Program-made: the position numbers and the translations under genes
Shown: positions 30,789 through 39,929 of the stretch, one piece after another
Position numbering within the stretch: the first letter of the stretch is position 1
Layout: each line of letters opens with the position of its first letter
Assembly: GCA_963813535.1 (NCBI GenBank)
Contig: CAWEZH010000002.1
Span: forward strand, 1,056,001-1,120,000
Source of the DNA: an uncultured Chloroflexia bacterium
Lineage (GTDB): Bacteria > Chloroflexota > Limnocylindria > Limnocylindrales > CSP1-4
Length of the DNA: 64,000 nucleotides
Reading direction: 5' to 3'
The notes under the pieces: model-generated
What the model was told of the DNA's origin: nothing
The model's database searches: none
Seen by the model: the letters and a program-made list of their open reading frames with translations, nothing else

Positions 30789-31400
30789 TCAGCGCCCCCC
30801 GAAGGCATCGACCGCGGCCTGGATCTTCGGGTCGGGCAGATCGTTGGTGATGACCACGTTGACGACCCCGCTGTCCTCGGCCGGCCACGTCACGACGGTC
30901 TGGATGCGGTCGGCGGTCCGCGTGTCCAGTCGATATCCGGTGCGGCCGGCGACGTCCGGCGTCGACTCACCCGTGATCTGGGTCCGGTTCGCGACGCGGG
31001 CGCTGGCCTCATAGAACCCCATGACGTCGTCTGCGCCGAGGTCGGGCGCCTGGAACACGACGAGAGCGGCCGCCCGATAGCCGCCGAGATCCCACGTGCC
31101 ACCCGCGAACTCGACCTCGTCGAAACCCGCGTCCGCGAGGCTTCCGAGGCTGGCCGGGCTGCAATGACGTCCCGAGTCCAGAGCGTCGGGGCCGCGGCCC
31201 TCGTAGGCGGTCGGGATGCGCGCCTCCAGCTCCGGGACCGCGCCGACGGCCCGGCCCTCGGATGGGCAGCCCGCCGCCGGATCGAACGACGCCGACGGCC
31301 CTCCGCCCCCGCAGCTAGCGACCACCGAGGCGGCGACCAGGGACCCCATGAACAGCACGCCGAACAGCCGGAGACGAGGGCGTCGGTATCGATGGGTCAC
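30789..31400 (-). CDS. Hypothetical lipoprotein
   Basis: Basic N-terminus, hydrophobic core and VVASC lipobox. Confidence 0.75.
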   Translation of the reverse strand: MTHRYRRPRLRLFGVLFMGSLVAASVVASCGGGGPSASFDPAAGCPSEGRAVGAVPELEARIPTAYEGRGPDALDSGRHCSPASLGSLADAGFDEVEFAGGTWDLGGYRAAALVVFQAPDLGADDVMGFYEASARVANRTQITGESTPDVAGRTGYRLDTRTADRIQTVVTWPAEDSGVVNVVITNDLPDPKIQAAVDAFGGR

Positions 31401-31504
31401 CGTCCAAGCCTAGCCGCGGCGGCCGGTCGGTGCGTCCGGGCACCTGGTACGGGCGTCCCACGGATGGTGCGTTGGTGCGCCCGACCATCGACCCCGGCCT
31501 TGCG

Positions 31505-31740
31505 GGACCAGAAGTGCCATTGCCCTGGAGCCATCGGAGGCGCAGTATGTCAATCAAGCCGACCTGCGATCGAACCGGGGACAGCACCTGGGGCGTCGGT
31601 CACGGAACGGGGAACGGACGCTCACTCGAGGAGGTTCGAGGGAGGGATCCCGGTCCTCGATCACGAGCCGAGTAACCGGATCATTCGGCCATCAGGCCCG
31701 TAAGGCCGTTGGGTTGGCAGCACTGATACGAACAGGGACG
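31505..31740 (-). ncRNA. Candidate structured ncRNA (6S-like long hairpin)
   Basis: About 400-bp gene-free gap with nested complementarity: 31716-31723 with 31514-31524; GGCCGA with TCGGCT; apical stem 31620-31632 with 31654-31668; AT-rich TTGATTGACATAC bubble. Strand and ends uncertain. Confidence 0.45.
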
Positions 31741-31813
31741 CTCATATCATCGCCCCCACTGGTCGCCCTCCGGATATCCGGGGGGCGATCGTCGTGTGTG
31801 CCCGTCGTGTCCG

Positions 31814-32548
31814 CTAGGCCGAGCGGGTCGCGCGGGCCGTCGCCGGATGACTCCGCCGCCCGATGCCGCGTGCGTCGAGGTCCGCCTGGACGACCCGTGC
31901 CGCCGCCACCAGGTCCGGATCGCGTGTGACGGTGCTCACGACCCAGTCGATGTACGACGGCTCGAAGGCCGCGATCTGGCCGAGCGTATGGCCGTGGAAC
32001 TTGCCGAACTCGATGACGTGCTCGCGGGCGCCGTCGAGATCGGGCGGCTTCGGGCGACGGAAATTGCGGATGCGACCACGCTCGAGCGGGCCTGTGGGTG
32101 TCGACGCGCGCGGCATCTCGCTCTGCGCGCGTTCGCCGCGCAGAGGCGGCTGCCCGCGCAGCCCGTTGTCGGGGTTCGGATACGGCCCGCCCGGAGAGCG
32201 CGGGAGCGTCTGATTCCGCGGTCGGTAGGTCGCGGTCGTGTCCACCCGGCCGGTGACCGGCCGCGACGGCCGGGGGACAGGCGGGCCGCCGCGGCGCGGG
32301 CTGCCATCGGCGCCCAGGTCGGCGGCCGGTCCCGCACCTTGCCGCTCGGTGGCCATGTCACGGATCAGCGCCGCATAGGCGTCGTTGATCTCGGCCATCT
32401 GTCGCGTCGCGACCTGCGATGCGGCCGGGTCGTCACCGGTGAGGTCAGGGTGGTGCGCGCGGGCCAGGCGCCGCCAGGCGGCCTTGATCTCTGCGGCGTC
32501 TGCGCCATGCGCGACGCCGAGCACGCCATAGGGGTCGCGTTTCGGCAC
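31814..32548 (-). CDS. J-domain protein with C-terminal FGK-motif domain (ExoX C-terminal/QSregVF_b-like)
   Basis: DPYGVLGV..IKAAWRRLARAHHPD..EINDAY; Pro/Arg linker; IEFGKFHGHTLGQI..PSYIDWV. Confidence 0.85.
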   Translation of the reverse strand: MPKRDPYGVLGVAHGADAAEIKAAWRRLARAHHPDLTGDDPAASQVATRQMAEINDAYAALIRDMATERQGAGPAADLGADGSPRRGGPPVPRPSRPVTGRVDTTATYRPRNQTLPRSPGGPYPNPDNGLRGQPPLRGERAQSEMPRASTPTGPLERGRIRNFRRPKPPDLDGAREHVIEFGKFHGHTLGQIAAFEPSYIDWVVSTVTRDPDLVAAARVVQADLDARGIGRRSHPATARATRSA

Positions 32549-32622
32549 CTCCGAAGTGTACCGACGGCCGGCACCCACCCGATGCGGGACATGCCGACAT
32601 CGCGTACCGTCCTGTACCACCG

Positions 32623-33747
32623 ATGGGTGCCGTCACTCGAGCCGGAGTCGCCGCCGCGATCGCCGCCGCGCAGGTAGGACTCGCGTACCGGTTCGCGCTC
32701 GCGTACCGGGCACGGGCCGGCTATCCGCGCCGATTTCCGCCGACCATCCTGCCGACCGATGTCGGCCTGGCGTACGAGTCGATGTCCGTCCGGTCCCTGA
32801 CCGGCGACCTCGAGCTTCCGGCATGGTTCATCCCGGCCCGGTCGGGCGAGCCGGGGCCGGGCGTCGCGCTGATCCACGGCTGGGAGTCGGCGCGCGACCG
32901 GACGCTGCCGCTGGCGCTCTTCCTCCACGCCGCCGGCTTCCATTGCCTCACGATCGACATCCGCGGCCACGGGGCAAACCCGGCCGAGGCCCTGCCGTTG
33001 AGCGCCGGCGAATTCGGACTCGACGCAGCCGCGGCCTTCGAGGCGCTGATCGGCCGGCCCGAGGTGACGAGCGGTGCGATCGCCGGTCACTCCATGGGGG
33101 CGATCGGGGCGATCCTCGCCGGGGCGGCCGATCCGCGCGTCGCTGCGATCGTCGCGACCTCCGCCCCGGCCGACCCCTACAGGCTCACGCGGCAGACGTT
33201 CCGGCTGGCGCGGCTGCCGATCCCCGATCCGATCGCGTACCCGCTCGCCTGGCTCACGACCCGCGTCTATCTCCGACCGCGGCGTCACGTCGTTGCCGAG
33301 ATCAGCGCGAGCGCGGCGATCGCGCGATACGCGGGTCCGATCCTGTTGATCCATGGCGCGGTCGACGATGTCGTGCCTGTCGCACACCTGGCCCGGCTGG
33401 CCACGGCGGCGCGGCGAGTGCGCGTGGCGGATCCGGAGGCGGCTCCGGTCGAGACGCTTGTCGTGCCCGAGGGCCAGCATTCGTGGCTCTACGAGGACGC
33501 GGGGTACCGGGTTGCGGTCGCCCGGTTCCTGACGACGGCGCTCGGCGGGCCGCTCGATCCGGAGGAAGCAGCGTCGATCGCCGCGGCAACGCGCGCTGAC
33601 CGCGTGCCGGCCGCCGAGGAACGACTGTCGGCGGTCGACACGGTGCCGGGCGGCTTCCAGACGTTGATCCGGGTGGCCCTACCGGGGGCGACGAAGCGGC
33701 TCGATGCCGACGCCCTCGCCGCGGCCGACGAGCCAGGGCTCGGCTGA
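32623..33747 (+). CDS. Alpha/beta hydrolase
   Basis: IHGW, DIRGHG, GHSMG, LIHGAVDDVVP, GQHS. Confidence 0.9.
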   Translation: MGAVTRAGVAAAIAAAQVGLAYRFALAYRARAGYPRRFPPTILPTDVGLAYESMSVRSLTGDLELPAWFIPARSGEPGPGVALIHGWESARDRTLPLALFLHAAGFHCLTIDIRGHGANPAEALPLSAGEFGLDAAAAFEALIGRPEVTSGAIAGHSMGAIGAILAGAADPRVAAIVATSAPADPYRLTRQTFRLARLPIPDPIAYPLAWLTTRVYLRPRRHVVAEISASAAIARYAGPILLIHGAVDDVVPVAHLARLATAARRVRVADPEAAPVETLVVPEGQHSWLYEDAGYRVAVARFLTTALGGPLDPEEAASIAAATRADRVPAAEERLSAVDTVPGGFQTLIRVALPGATKRLDADALAAADEPGLG

Positions 33748-33750
33748 ATC

Positions 33751-34296
33751 GTGTCCGACGAGACGACCAGGGCCACCTCCGTCTGGGACGCGGTCATGTC
33801 GCGGCGGGTGATCCGCCGCTTCGCCGACCGCCCGTTGGAGGACGCCCACCTGGACCGGATCCTGCAGGCCGGTCGACGCGCCAACAGCTCGAAGAACCAG
33901 CAGCGCTGGGCATTCATCGTGTGCCGCGACCGGGAGCATCTGCGGCAACTGGCCGACGTCGGGCCGTGGGCCGGCCACCTTGCCGGCGCCGCGGTCGGGA
34001 TCGCGCTCGTGACGCCCGACCCGAAGCTGACGGATGCGCCGCTGTCGGTGATGTTCGACTTGGGGCAGGCGGCCGATTCGATGATGCTCGTGGCCTGGGA
34101 GCTCGGGATCGGCAGCGTGCCCGCGACCGTCTACAAGCACGATCTGGTGCGGGAACTGCTGGGGTATCCGGAGGATCACCACTGCGAGTTCCTGCTGTCG
34201 TTCGGGTATCCGGCCGACCAGGCCGACCTGGAGAGGCCGTTGCGGGCTGGCGGGCGTGTGCCGCTTGGCGAGCTCGTCCACGAGGAGCGCTGGTAG
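33751..34296 (+). CDS. Nitroreductase family protein
   Basis: SRRVIRRF, ANSSKNQQRWAF, MMLVAWELGIGS, FGYP. Confidence 0.93.
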   Translation: MSDETTRATSVWDAVMSRRVIRRFADRPLEDAHLDRILQAGRRANSSKNQQRWAFIVCRDREHLRQLADVGPWAGHLAGAAVGIALVTPDPKLTDAPLSVMFDLGQAADSMMLVAWELGIGSVPATVYKHDLVRELLGYPEDHHCEFLLSFGYPADQADLERPLRAGGRVPLGELVHEERW

Positions 34297-34527
34297 CGGG
34301 CGTCAGCGGCGGGCGGCCCGGCGGGTGCGAGGCGCCGCCGGCCGGCCCCAACGTGTCCCGACCATGAAGTACGTGGATCAGGGCAGCCTTATGGCGCGCC
34401 ACCGAGCCCGTAGGGGCGCCAGACCGGCTTCGGATCCTGCGCAACGCGGCCACCGGACTACGTTATGCATGGACGACGGCCAGATTGTCGCCATTAGGTG
34501 CTGCTGAGCCGCGTTATGCAGGTTCGC

Positions 34528-34719
34528 CGGTCACCCGGTGACCGAACCGACCACCGAACCTGTGCCGACCGCCGCCTCGGGGTCCCGTTCGGTCATGGGG
34601 TGACCAGGCCAACGAACGAGAGCCGCTCGCCGACCGTTCAGGCGCCCGTTCGGTCACGGGGTGACCAGATCGACCGATGAGCGCCGGTTCGGGCGCCCGT
34701 TCGGTCACGGGGTGACCGG
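34528..34719. repeat. Cluster of four REP-like palindromic units
   Basis: CCCGTTCGGTCAYGGGGTGACC at 34584-34605, 34645-34666 and 34696-34717, plus an inverted variant CGGTCACCCGGTGACCGAAC at 34528-34547; lies between convergent genes. Confidence 0.85.
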
Positions 34720-34739
34720 CCGACCGAGACTGACCGGCC

Positions 34740-35834
34740 CTACTGCCAGCGGAACGTCTTGGACGCGATCGCGAAACAGGCGACCAGCCAGGCCAGCAGG
34801 ACCCCCGCGCACACCGCCAGCGGAGCGAACGCCGCGCCGCCGACCATGACCTGGCGAAGCGCATCGGCCAGATAGGTCAGCGGGATGAGGCGCGCGATCG
34901 CGCGCAGGAATTCGGGCATCGCCTCGAGCGGGAAGAACGTGCCGGACAGGAACATCATCGGGAACTGCACGACGCTGGTCATGCCGTTGGCCGCCTCCTC
35001 GGTCTTGGCGAACGAGGCGATCACGTAGCCGAGTGCCAGGAAGGCCATCGCGCCCAGCGCGATGAACGCCGCCGCCAGCAGGAGCGACCCCACGATCTCG
35101 ACCCCGAAAACGGCCACCCCGACACCGACGATGATCACCGCCTGGATCAACGCGATCAGCAGCCGCATCAAGACGTTCGATCCGACCAGCTGCCAGCGCC
35201 GCAGCGGCGTCGCGGCGAGCCGTTTCAGGATCAGCTTCTCGCGGTCGGCCACCAGTGGGATCGCCGCGAAGATGCCGACCTGCATGACCGACAGGCCGAG
35301 CATGCTCGGTACGAAGTAGCTGATGAAGTTGAGGTTCTCCGTCTGGAGCGTCTCCGGCTGCGGGACGACGAGCGGTGCCCGACCGCCCAGGTTCACCACG
35401 CCGAGCACGGCCTGGACCGACTGATAGACCGACGCGACGAGTTCCCCGCGTGACGGGTCGGTGTAGACGACCACGGGCGTCGGTCCACCCGTCCCAGCGG
35501 CGCCAGCGGCGATCGCCGTGCCGTAGCCGGCAGGAACGAGGATGACCGCGTCGGGATCCCCGTCTCGCATGCGGGCCAGGGCATCGTCCTTCGATGCGTC
35601 GACCAGCTCCGTTCCTTCTTGCGCCGTGAACGCCTCGCGAAGCTGGGCCGAGGCCGGCGTCCCGTCCTCGTCGACCCAGCCGAGCGTCAGCCGGGTCTGA
35701 CCGCCACCCTCCTGGAAGATGAACCCGAACATGAAGATGAAGATCAGCGGGAACGCCAGCGTCCAGAAGAGCGCCGCTCGGTCGCGCAGGTAGCTCTTGA
35801 TGTTGGCGACGGTGAGGGCGAACAGTGCCTGCAT
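34740..35834 (-). CDS. ABC-2 type permease
   Basis: LRDRAALFWTLAFP, extracellular loop, LKRLAATPL, FLSGTFFP, PLTYLADALR. Confidence 0.92.
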   Translation of the reverse strand: MQALFALTVANIKSYLRDRAALFWTLAFPLIFIFMFGFIFQEGGGQTRLTLGWVDEDGTPASAQLREAFTAQEGTELVDASKDDALARMRDGDPDAVILVPAGYGTAIAAGAAGTGGPTPVVVYTDPSRGELVASVYQSVQAVLGVVNLGGRAPLVVPQPETLQTENLNFISYFVPSMLGLSVMQVGIFAAIPLVADREKLILKRLAATPLRRWQLVGSNVLMRLLIALIQAVIIVGVGVAVFGVEIVGSLLLAAAFIALGAMAFLALGYVIASFAKTEEAANGMTSVVQFPMMFLSGTFFPLEAMPEFLRAIARLIPLTYLADALRQVMVGGAAFAPLAVCAGVLLAWLVACFAIASKTFRWQ

Positions 35835-35836
35835 CG

Positions 35837-36772
35837 TCAGTCCCGCAGCGCCCGGCCGGTCAGGTCGAGGAACACGTCCTCGAGCGTGGCGCGCCTGATC
35901 CCCAGGTTCCGCAGCTCCAGCCCTCGCGAATCCGCGAGGTCCAGCAACGCACCGATCGTTCGACCGGGATCGAGGGTGTACAGAAGGATCTCGCTGGCAT
36001 CCTCCTTGACGGAGGACACGGCCGGCAGGCTGCCAAGCTCATCGTGGGCCAGCCCCTCCAGCCGGTCGAACCGCACGGTCCGCTCCTGGAAGTGCTTCGA
36101 GACCAGCTCCTCGACCGTGCCCATCTCGAGGATCCGCCCGTGGTCCATGATCGCAAGGCGGTCACACAGGATCTCCGCCTCTTCCATGTAATGCGTCGTC
36201 AGCAGGACCGAACGCCCGTCGGCCTTGAGCCCTTCGACGATGTCCCACAGTGATCGACGCGCCGCCGGGTCCAACCCGGTGGTCGGTTCGTCGAGGAAGA
36301 CCAGCTCGGGATCGTTGATCAACGACAGCGCGACGGCAAGGCGCTGGCGCTGGCCACCCGACAGCACCTCGCTGCGAGCGTTGCGTCGCTCGCCGAGCTC
36401 CATGACGTCGATGATCTCCTGCGTGGACCGCGCGCGTGGATAGAAGCTCCGGAACAGGTTCACGAGCTCGGTCACCGTCAGCTTCGGGTAGAGGGCGGCG
36501 GTCTGGAGGCTGACCCCGATGCGCGGCTTGAGCGCATCGGCGCCGCGGGTGACGTCCACGCCGAGGACGCTGACCTCTCCCCCGTCCGGCTTGCGCAGCC
36601 CCTCGAGGATCTCGACGGTCGTGGTCTTGCCCGCACCGTTCGGACCGAGGAGGCCGAAGATCTCGCCCTTCGCCACCTCGAAATCGATGCCCGCCACCGC
36701 CTGGACGTCGCCATAGCGCTTGGTCAGACCGTGGACCCGGATGACGGGTCCGGCGTCGATGGTGGCGCTCAT
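35837..36772 (-). CDS. ABC transporter ATP-binding protein
   Basis: GPNGAGKTT, LSGGQRQRL, FLDEPTTGLDP, ATLEDVFLDLTG. Confidence 0.95.
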   Translation of the reverse strand: MSATIDAGPVIRVHGLTKRYGDVQAVAGIDFEVAKGEIFGLLGPNGAGKTTTVEILEGLRKPDGGEVSVLGVDVTRGADALKPRIGVSLQTAALYPKLTVTELVNLFRSFYPRARSTQEIIDVMELGERRNARSEVLSGGQRQRLAVALSLINDPELVFLDEPTTGLDPAARRSLWDIVEGLKADGRSVLLTTHYMEEAEILCDRLAIMDHGRILEMGTVEELVSKHFQERTVRFDRLEGLAHDELGSLPAVSSVKEDASEILLYTLDPGRTIGALLDLADSRGLELRNLGIRRATLEDVFLDLTGRALRD

Positions 36773-36815
36773 CGCCGTCGATGCTGGCACATCGGCGTGG
36801 ACTTCGTCGCGACCC

Positions 36816-38144
36816 TTACGGTGCCGGTTCCTCCTCCGGGACCTCCTCCCATGCTCCGGACCAGTCGATATCGAGTGCGATCGAGGTCGCATCGGTCGGC
36901 CCGTCTCCCTCGGGCGCGGGCGCACCCAGCGTGAGGTACGCCGCCATGGCCGCTTCCAGTCCGACGTCCTCGCCGGCCGCCTCGGACCGGATCCATTTCT
37001 CCTCGAGCACGTCGCAGTACGCCTGCAACGGGTCGCGTCCCGTGCCGATCGCCGGGACGAGGCGCGCGAGGCTCGGCTCGAGGACCTCGCCGACCCAGCG
37101 ATCCGCCCCGACCGTCTCGGGCAGCTCGTCGCCGAGCTGGTGCTCGAGCCACGCGCGGTACTCGTGGAGGTCGTTGAGCAACAGGCGAGCCTGGCCTTCG
37201 AGCGCCTTGATGCCGGTCAGCCGCTCGAGCTCCCGCGCGTGGAACCGGCGGTTCGCGACGGCGATCCTGAGACGCACGATGTCGCGCCGGCCGCGGCTCG
37301 GCTCCAGCGAGATCTCATCGACCGCGAAACCAAGCTCGTTCAACTTGCGGATCCGGGCACGGACCGCGTGCCGGTCGCCGGGCGACAGCTCCGGCTCGAG
37401 GTGGAGCTCGTCCCAGATCGCCGCGTAGCGTTCGCGAACGCTCTCGGCCGCTTCGACAGCATCCTCGGCAGCACCCTCTCGCCCTTGCATCGCGCCGAGG
37501 TCGGCAAGACCGAAGGCCACGTTCTCGACGAGGATGTCGAGGTCGTACGTGCGCTGCCCGTCCGACAGTGACGGGTGGATCTCGCTGGTCTCGGCGTCGA
37601 CGAGGAAGGCCTGGATCTTGTCGCCGTCGCGCCGGAACAGGGTGTTGGCAAGCGAGCAATCGCCCCAGTAGACGCCGGCCCGATGCAGATCGACCAGCAG
37701 CCACGCCATCGCATCGAGCAGCCGGTCGCGATACGGTCCCGGTCCGAGCGGGAAGCGCATCAGCAGCCGGCGGTACTGGATCGAGAACTCCAGGTACTCG
37801 GTGGCCAGCACCGCCGTCTGCCGTTCCAGTGACTCGACGAGTCCGAGCGGGATGACCGCCGGGAACCCGAGGGTCCGCAGGTGCCGCAGGACGTGGAACT
37901 CGCTGCGTGCGACGTCGAGCGGCTCCTCCTTGAGGGCATAGGTCCGATCGGCCGCCATGAGGAACCGGACGAGGTGCCGGGACGGACCGATCGGGAGCTG
38001 TCGAAGTTGCATCCCGCCGATCGTCCCGTCCTCGGCGACGGGCCACTCGCCAAGGGGCAGCTCCCAGGGAAGGTCGAGCAGCTCGGCGGCGCCACCGCGG
38101 AGGCGAAGCCGCGGGAACGCGGACGCTGGGTCTGGCGCCGTCAG
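36816..38144 (-). CDS. DUF4032 / Kdo-WaaP kinase-like protein
   Basis: LLDLPWELPLGEW N-terminus, SRHLVRF, LHRAGVYWGDCSLANTLFRRD, LVDAETSE; in-frame homology extends to a CTG overlapping the upstream stop. Confidence 0.85.
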   Translation of the reverse strand: MTAPDPASAFPRLRLRGGAAELLDLPWELPLGEWPVAEDGTIGGMQLRQLPIGPSRHLVRFLMAADRTYALKEEPLDVARSEFHVLRHLRTLGFPAVIPLGLVESLERQTAVLATEYLEFSIQYRRLLMRFPLGPGPYRDRLLDAMAWLLVDLHRAGVYWGDCSLANTLFRRDGDKIQAFLVDAETSEIHPSLSDGQRTYDLDILVENVAFGLADLGAMQGREGAAEDAVEAAESVRERYAAIWDELHLEPELSPGDRHAVRARIRKLNELGFAVDEISLEPSRGRRDIVRLRIAVANRRFHARELERLTGIKALEGQARLLLNDLHEYRAWLEHQLGDELPETVGADRWVGEVLEPSLARLVPAIGTGRDPLQAYCDVLEEKWIRSEAAGEDVGLEAAMAAYLTLGAPAPEGDGPTDATSIALDIDWSGAWEEVPEEEPAP

Positions 38145-38587
38145 AGCTTCTTCCGCAGATACGCCGCGATCGACGCGTCGTAGCCCATCGATTCGTACAG
38201 CTTGCGGGCCTCCGGTCGGTGGTGGCCCGAGGTCACCTCGATGAACGCCGCCCCGAGCTCACCAGCGATCCGCTCCGCCTCGGTCATGAGTCGATGACCG
38301 ACACCGCGCTCACGCGCGCCGGCATCGACGACGAGCGCCAGGACACGCAGGATCCGGTCGTCGTGCTCGAACCGAGGCAACGCATGGAGGGCGATGAACC
38401 CGAGGACGACGCCCTCGTGCTCGGCGATCACCACCCGGGAGTGCTCGGACGCGAAGCGAGTCATGCGCTCCACGATGTCGCTCGGGCCGGTCGGGTAGCC
38501 CTCGTCGGTGAACAACGTGGCGATGGCTTCGGCATCGGTGGCCTGCGCCGGCCGGATCGTGACGGTGGGGTCGGTCGTCTCGGTCAT
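38141..38587 (-). CDS. GNAT family acetyltransferase
   Basis: LVVDAGARERGVGHRLM, ARKLYESMGY. Confidence 0.9.
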   Translation of the reverse strand: MTETTDPTVTIRPAQATDAEAIATLFTDEGYPTGPSDIVERMTRFASEHSRVVIAEHEGVVLGFIALHALPRFEHDDRILRVLALVVDAGARERGVGHRLMTEAERIAGELGAAFIEVTSGHHRPEARKLYESMGYDASIAAYLRKKL

Positions 38588-39000
38588 GGCTCGATGGTAG
38601 CGGCCGTCAGCACGAGCCGGAACGGGCCGTGCGTGGCGTGGCCCGGCGCAAGGAGCTCGGGGCCGAGCGGACCCGGACGACCGGGTGCAGCGGGAGCGGT
38701 CCCGTACGACCACGTCGCCGCCCATCCCTCGCCATTCCGGGCCAGGAAGGCGGCCAGACGTCCTTCGGTGTCAGGTTCGAGCAGCACGATCCAGTCGGCG
38801 TCCGGCTCGTCGGCGGCGGCGACGCCGGCGCCGGTGGCGCCTGCCCGGACATCGACTCGTGCTCGATGGCAGCGCGCGCCCAGGGCGTCGGATCGCTCAG
38901 CCGCCTCGAACGCGACGCCCGATGCCAGGAGGTGGCGCATCTCCACCGCCGCTCGGTCGAGATCGACCGTCGCCCATCCTCGTCCGACAGCCCGGCTCAT
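38584..39000 (-). CDS. Hypothetical protein (VOC-like)
   Basis: MSRAVGRGWATVDLDRA..IVLLEPDTEGRLAAFLARNGEGW; ATGA-type coupling to the upstream gene and 4-nt overlap with the downstream start. Confidence 0.7.
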   Translation of the reverse strand: MSRAVGRGWATVDLDRAAVEMRHLLASGVAFEAAERSDALGARCHRARVDVRAGATGAGVAAADEPDADWIVLLEPDTEGRLAAFLARNGEGWAATWSYGTAPAAPGRPGPLGPELLAPGHATHGPFRLVLTAATIEP

Positions 39001-39848
39001 CCGACCAGGAGCATGTCGGGTCCCGGATCGCCGCTCATCACGAACCCGAGACCTTCGTAGAGGCGCCGCGCGGGGACGTTCTCGGAGAACACGCCCAGAT
39101 GGATCCACTCGGACCCCTCCGCCGCGGCATCGACCATCGCCGATGCGGTGACGAACCGGCCCAGACCCAGTCCGCGAGCGGCGTCGACGGTGCCGATCGA
39201 GGACAGGTAGGAGATGCCATCGAACGTCGCCTTCCTGGCCACCGCAACCGGACGTCCGTCGCGACGCACAAGGTAATGGGTGAACCGGTCATCGGCCAGC
39301 GACATCCGCGTCTCGGCGACGACTGCCGGCCGGCGGTCCTCGCCCACGCCGAATGCGTTCAGCAGCACCGATACGATCGCCTCGGCGGCGTGCTGCGCGT
39401 CCCTGCCCGAGGTCGCGTGCAGTCGTTGCAGCGTCGTGTCCGGGCCGAGCGCTATCGCTCGCAGCGCGGCACGTGCCGGTTCGACGTCCCGGGCCACCAG
39501 CAGCAGGCCATCGCCGACATCCTCGAACCCGTTGGCCAGCAGACGAGCGACCAGATCGGCCGGCTCGTCGTGCGGTGGCGATGTCCAGAAATGCGGCTGC
39601 CGGCCGATCGTCGCGAACAGCACACCGACCTCCGCGAGGCGGCGGTCGAACGCCGTCGGGTCGACCGGCCACTGGATGGCTTCGACGCGGTTCCAGAATG
39701 GCTCCGGCTCATCGGCATCGTGGAGCAGCAGCGAGTCGCCCAGGTCGCGCAGGGTGCGCCCGTGGATCGCATGGACCTCAGCCTCGTGGCGGAGTAGCCT
39801 GCGAACGGTCGTGGCGTCGATCCGGGGGTCGAGCGCGCCGGAGCTCAC
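38997..39848 (-). CDS. GNAT family acetyltransferase
   Basis: SSIGTVDAARGLGLG, NVPARRLYEGLGF. Confidence 0.85.
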   Translation of the reverse strand: MSSGALDPRIDATTVRRLLRHEAEVHAIHGRTLRDLGDSLLLHDADEPEPFWNRVEAIQWPVDPTAFDRRLAEVGVLFATIGRQPHFWTSPPHDEPADLVARLLANGFEDVGDGLLLVARDVEPARAALRAIALGPDTTLQRLHATSGRDAQHAAEAIVSVLLNAFGVGEDRRPAVVAETRMSLADDRFTHYLVRRDGRPVAVARKATFDGISYLSSIGTVDAARGLGLGRFVTASAMVDAAAEGSEWIHLGVFSENVPARRLYEGLGFVMSGDPGPDMLLVG

Positions 39849-39929
39849 GAAACCGCCCGACCGATCGCGGCGTACCGTCCCGCGAACCCCAGAGACCGAC
39901 CTCGGACCCGGAAACACGAGGAGACGCAT

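Noticed and set aside
28820-30850. Long antisense and alternative-frame ORFs (e.g. 28820..30850, 9344..10657, most of 22871..24916)
   Set aside because: Stop-poor shadows of real genes in high-GC DNA, with no family motifs of their own.
31690-31726. CAGGCCCGTAAGG..GCAGC as SRP RNA helix 8
   Set aside because: The canonical GG-AA-GCAGC spacing is interrupted by about 11 extra nt, so the conserved internal loop cannot form.
34528-34719. Repeat cluster as a CRISPR array
   Set aside because: Only three direct units with unequal 39 and 29 bp spacers that partly resemble each other, one inverted copy, no AT-rich leader and no cas genes; fits REP/BIME better.
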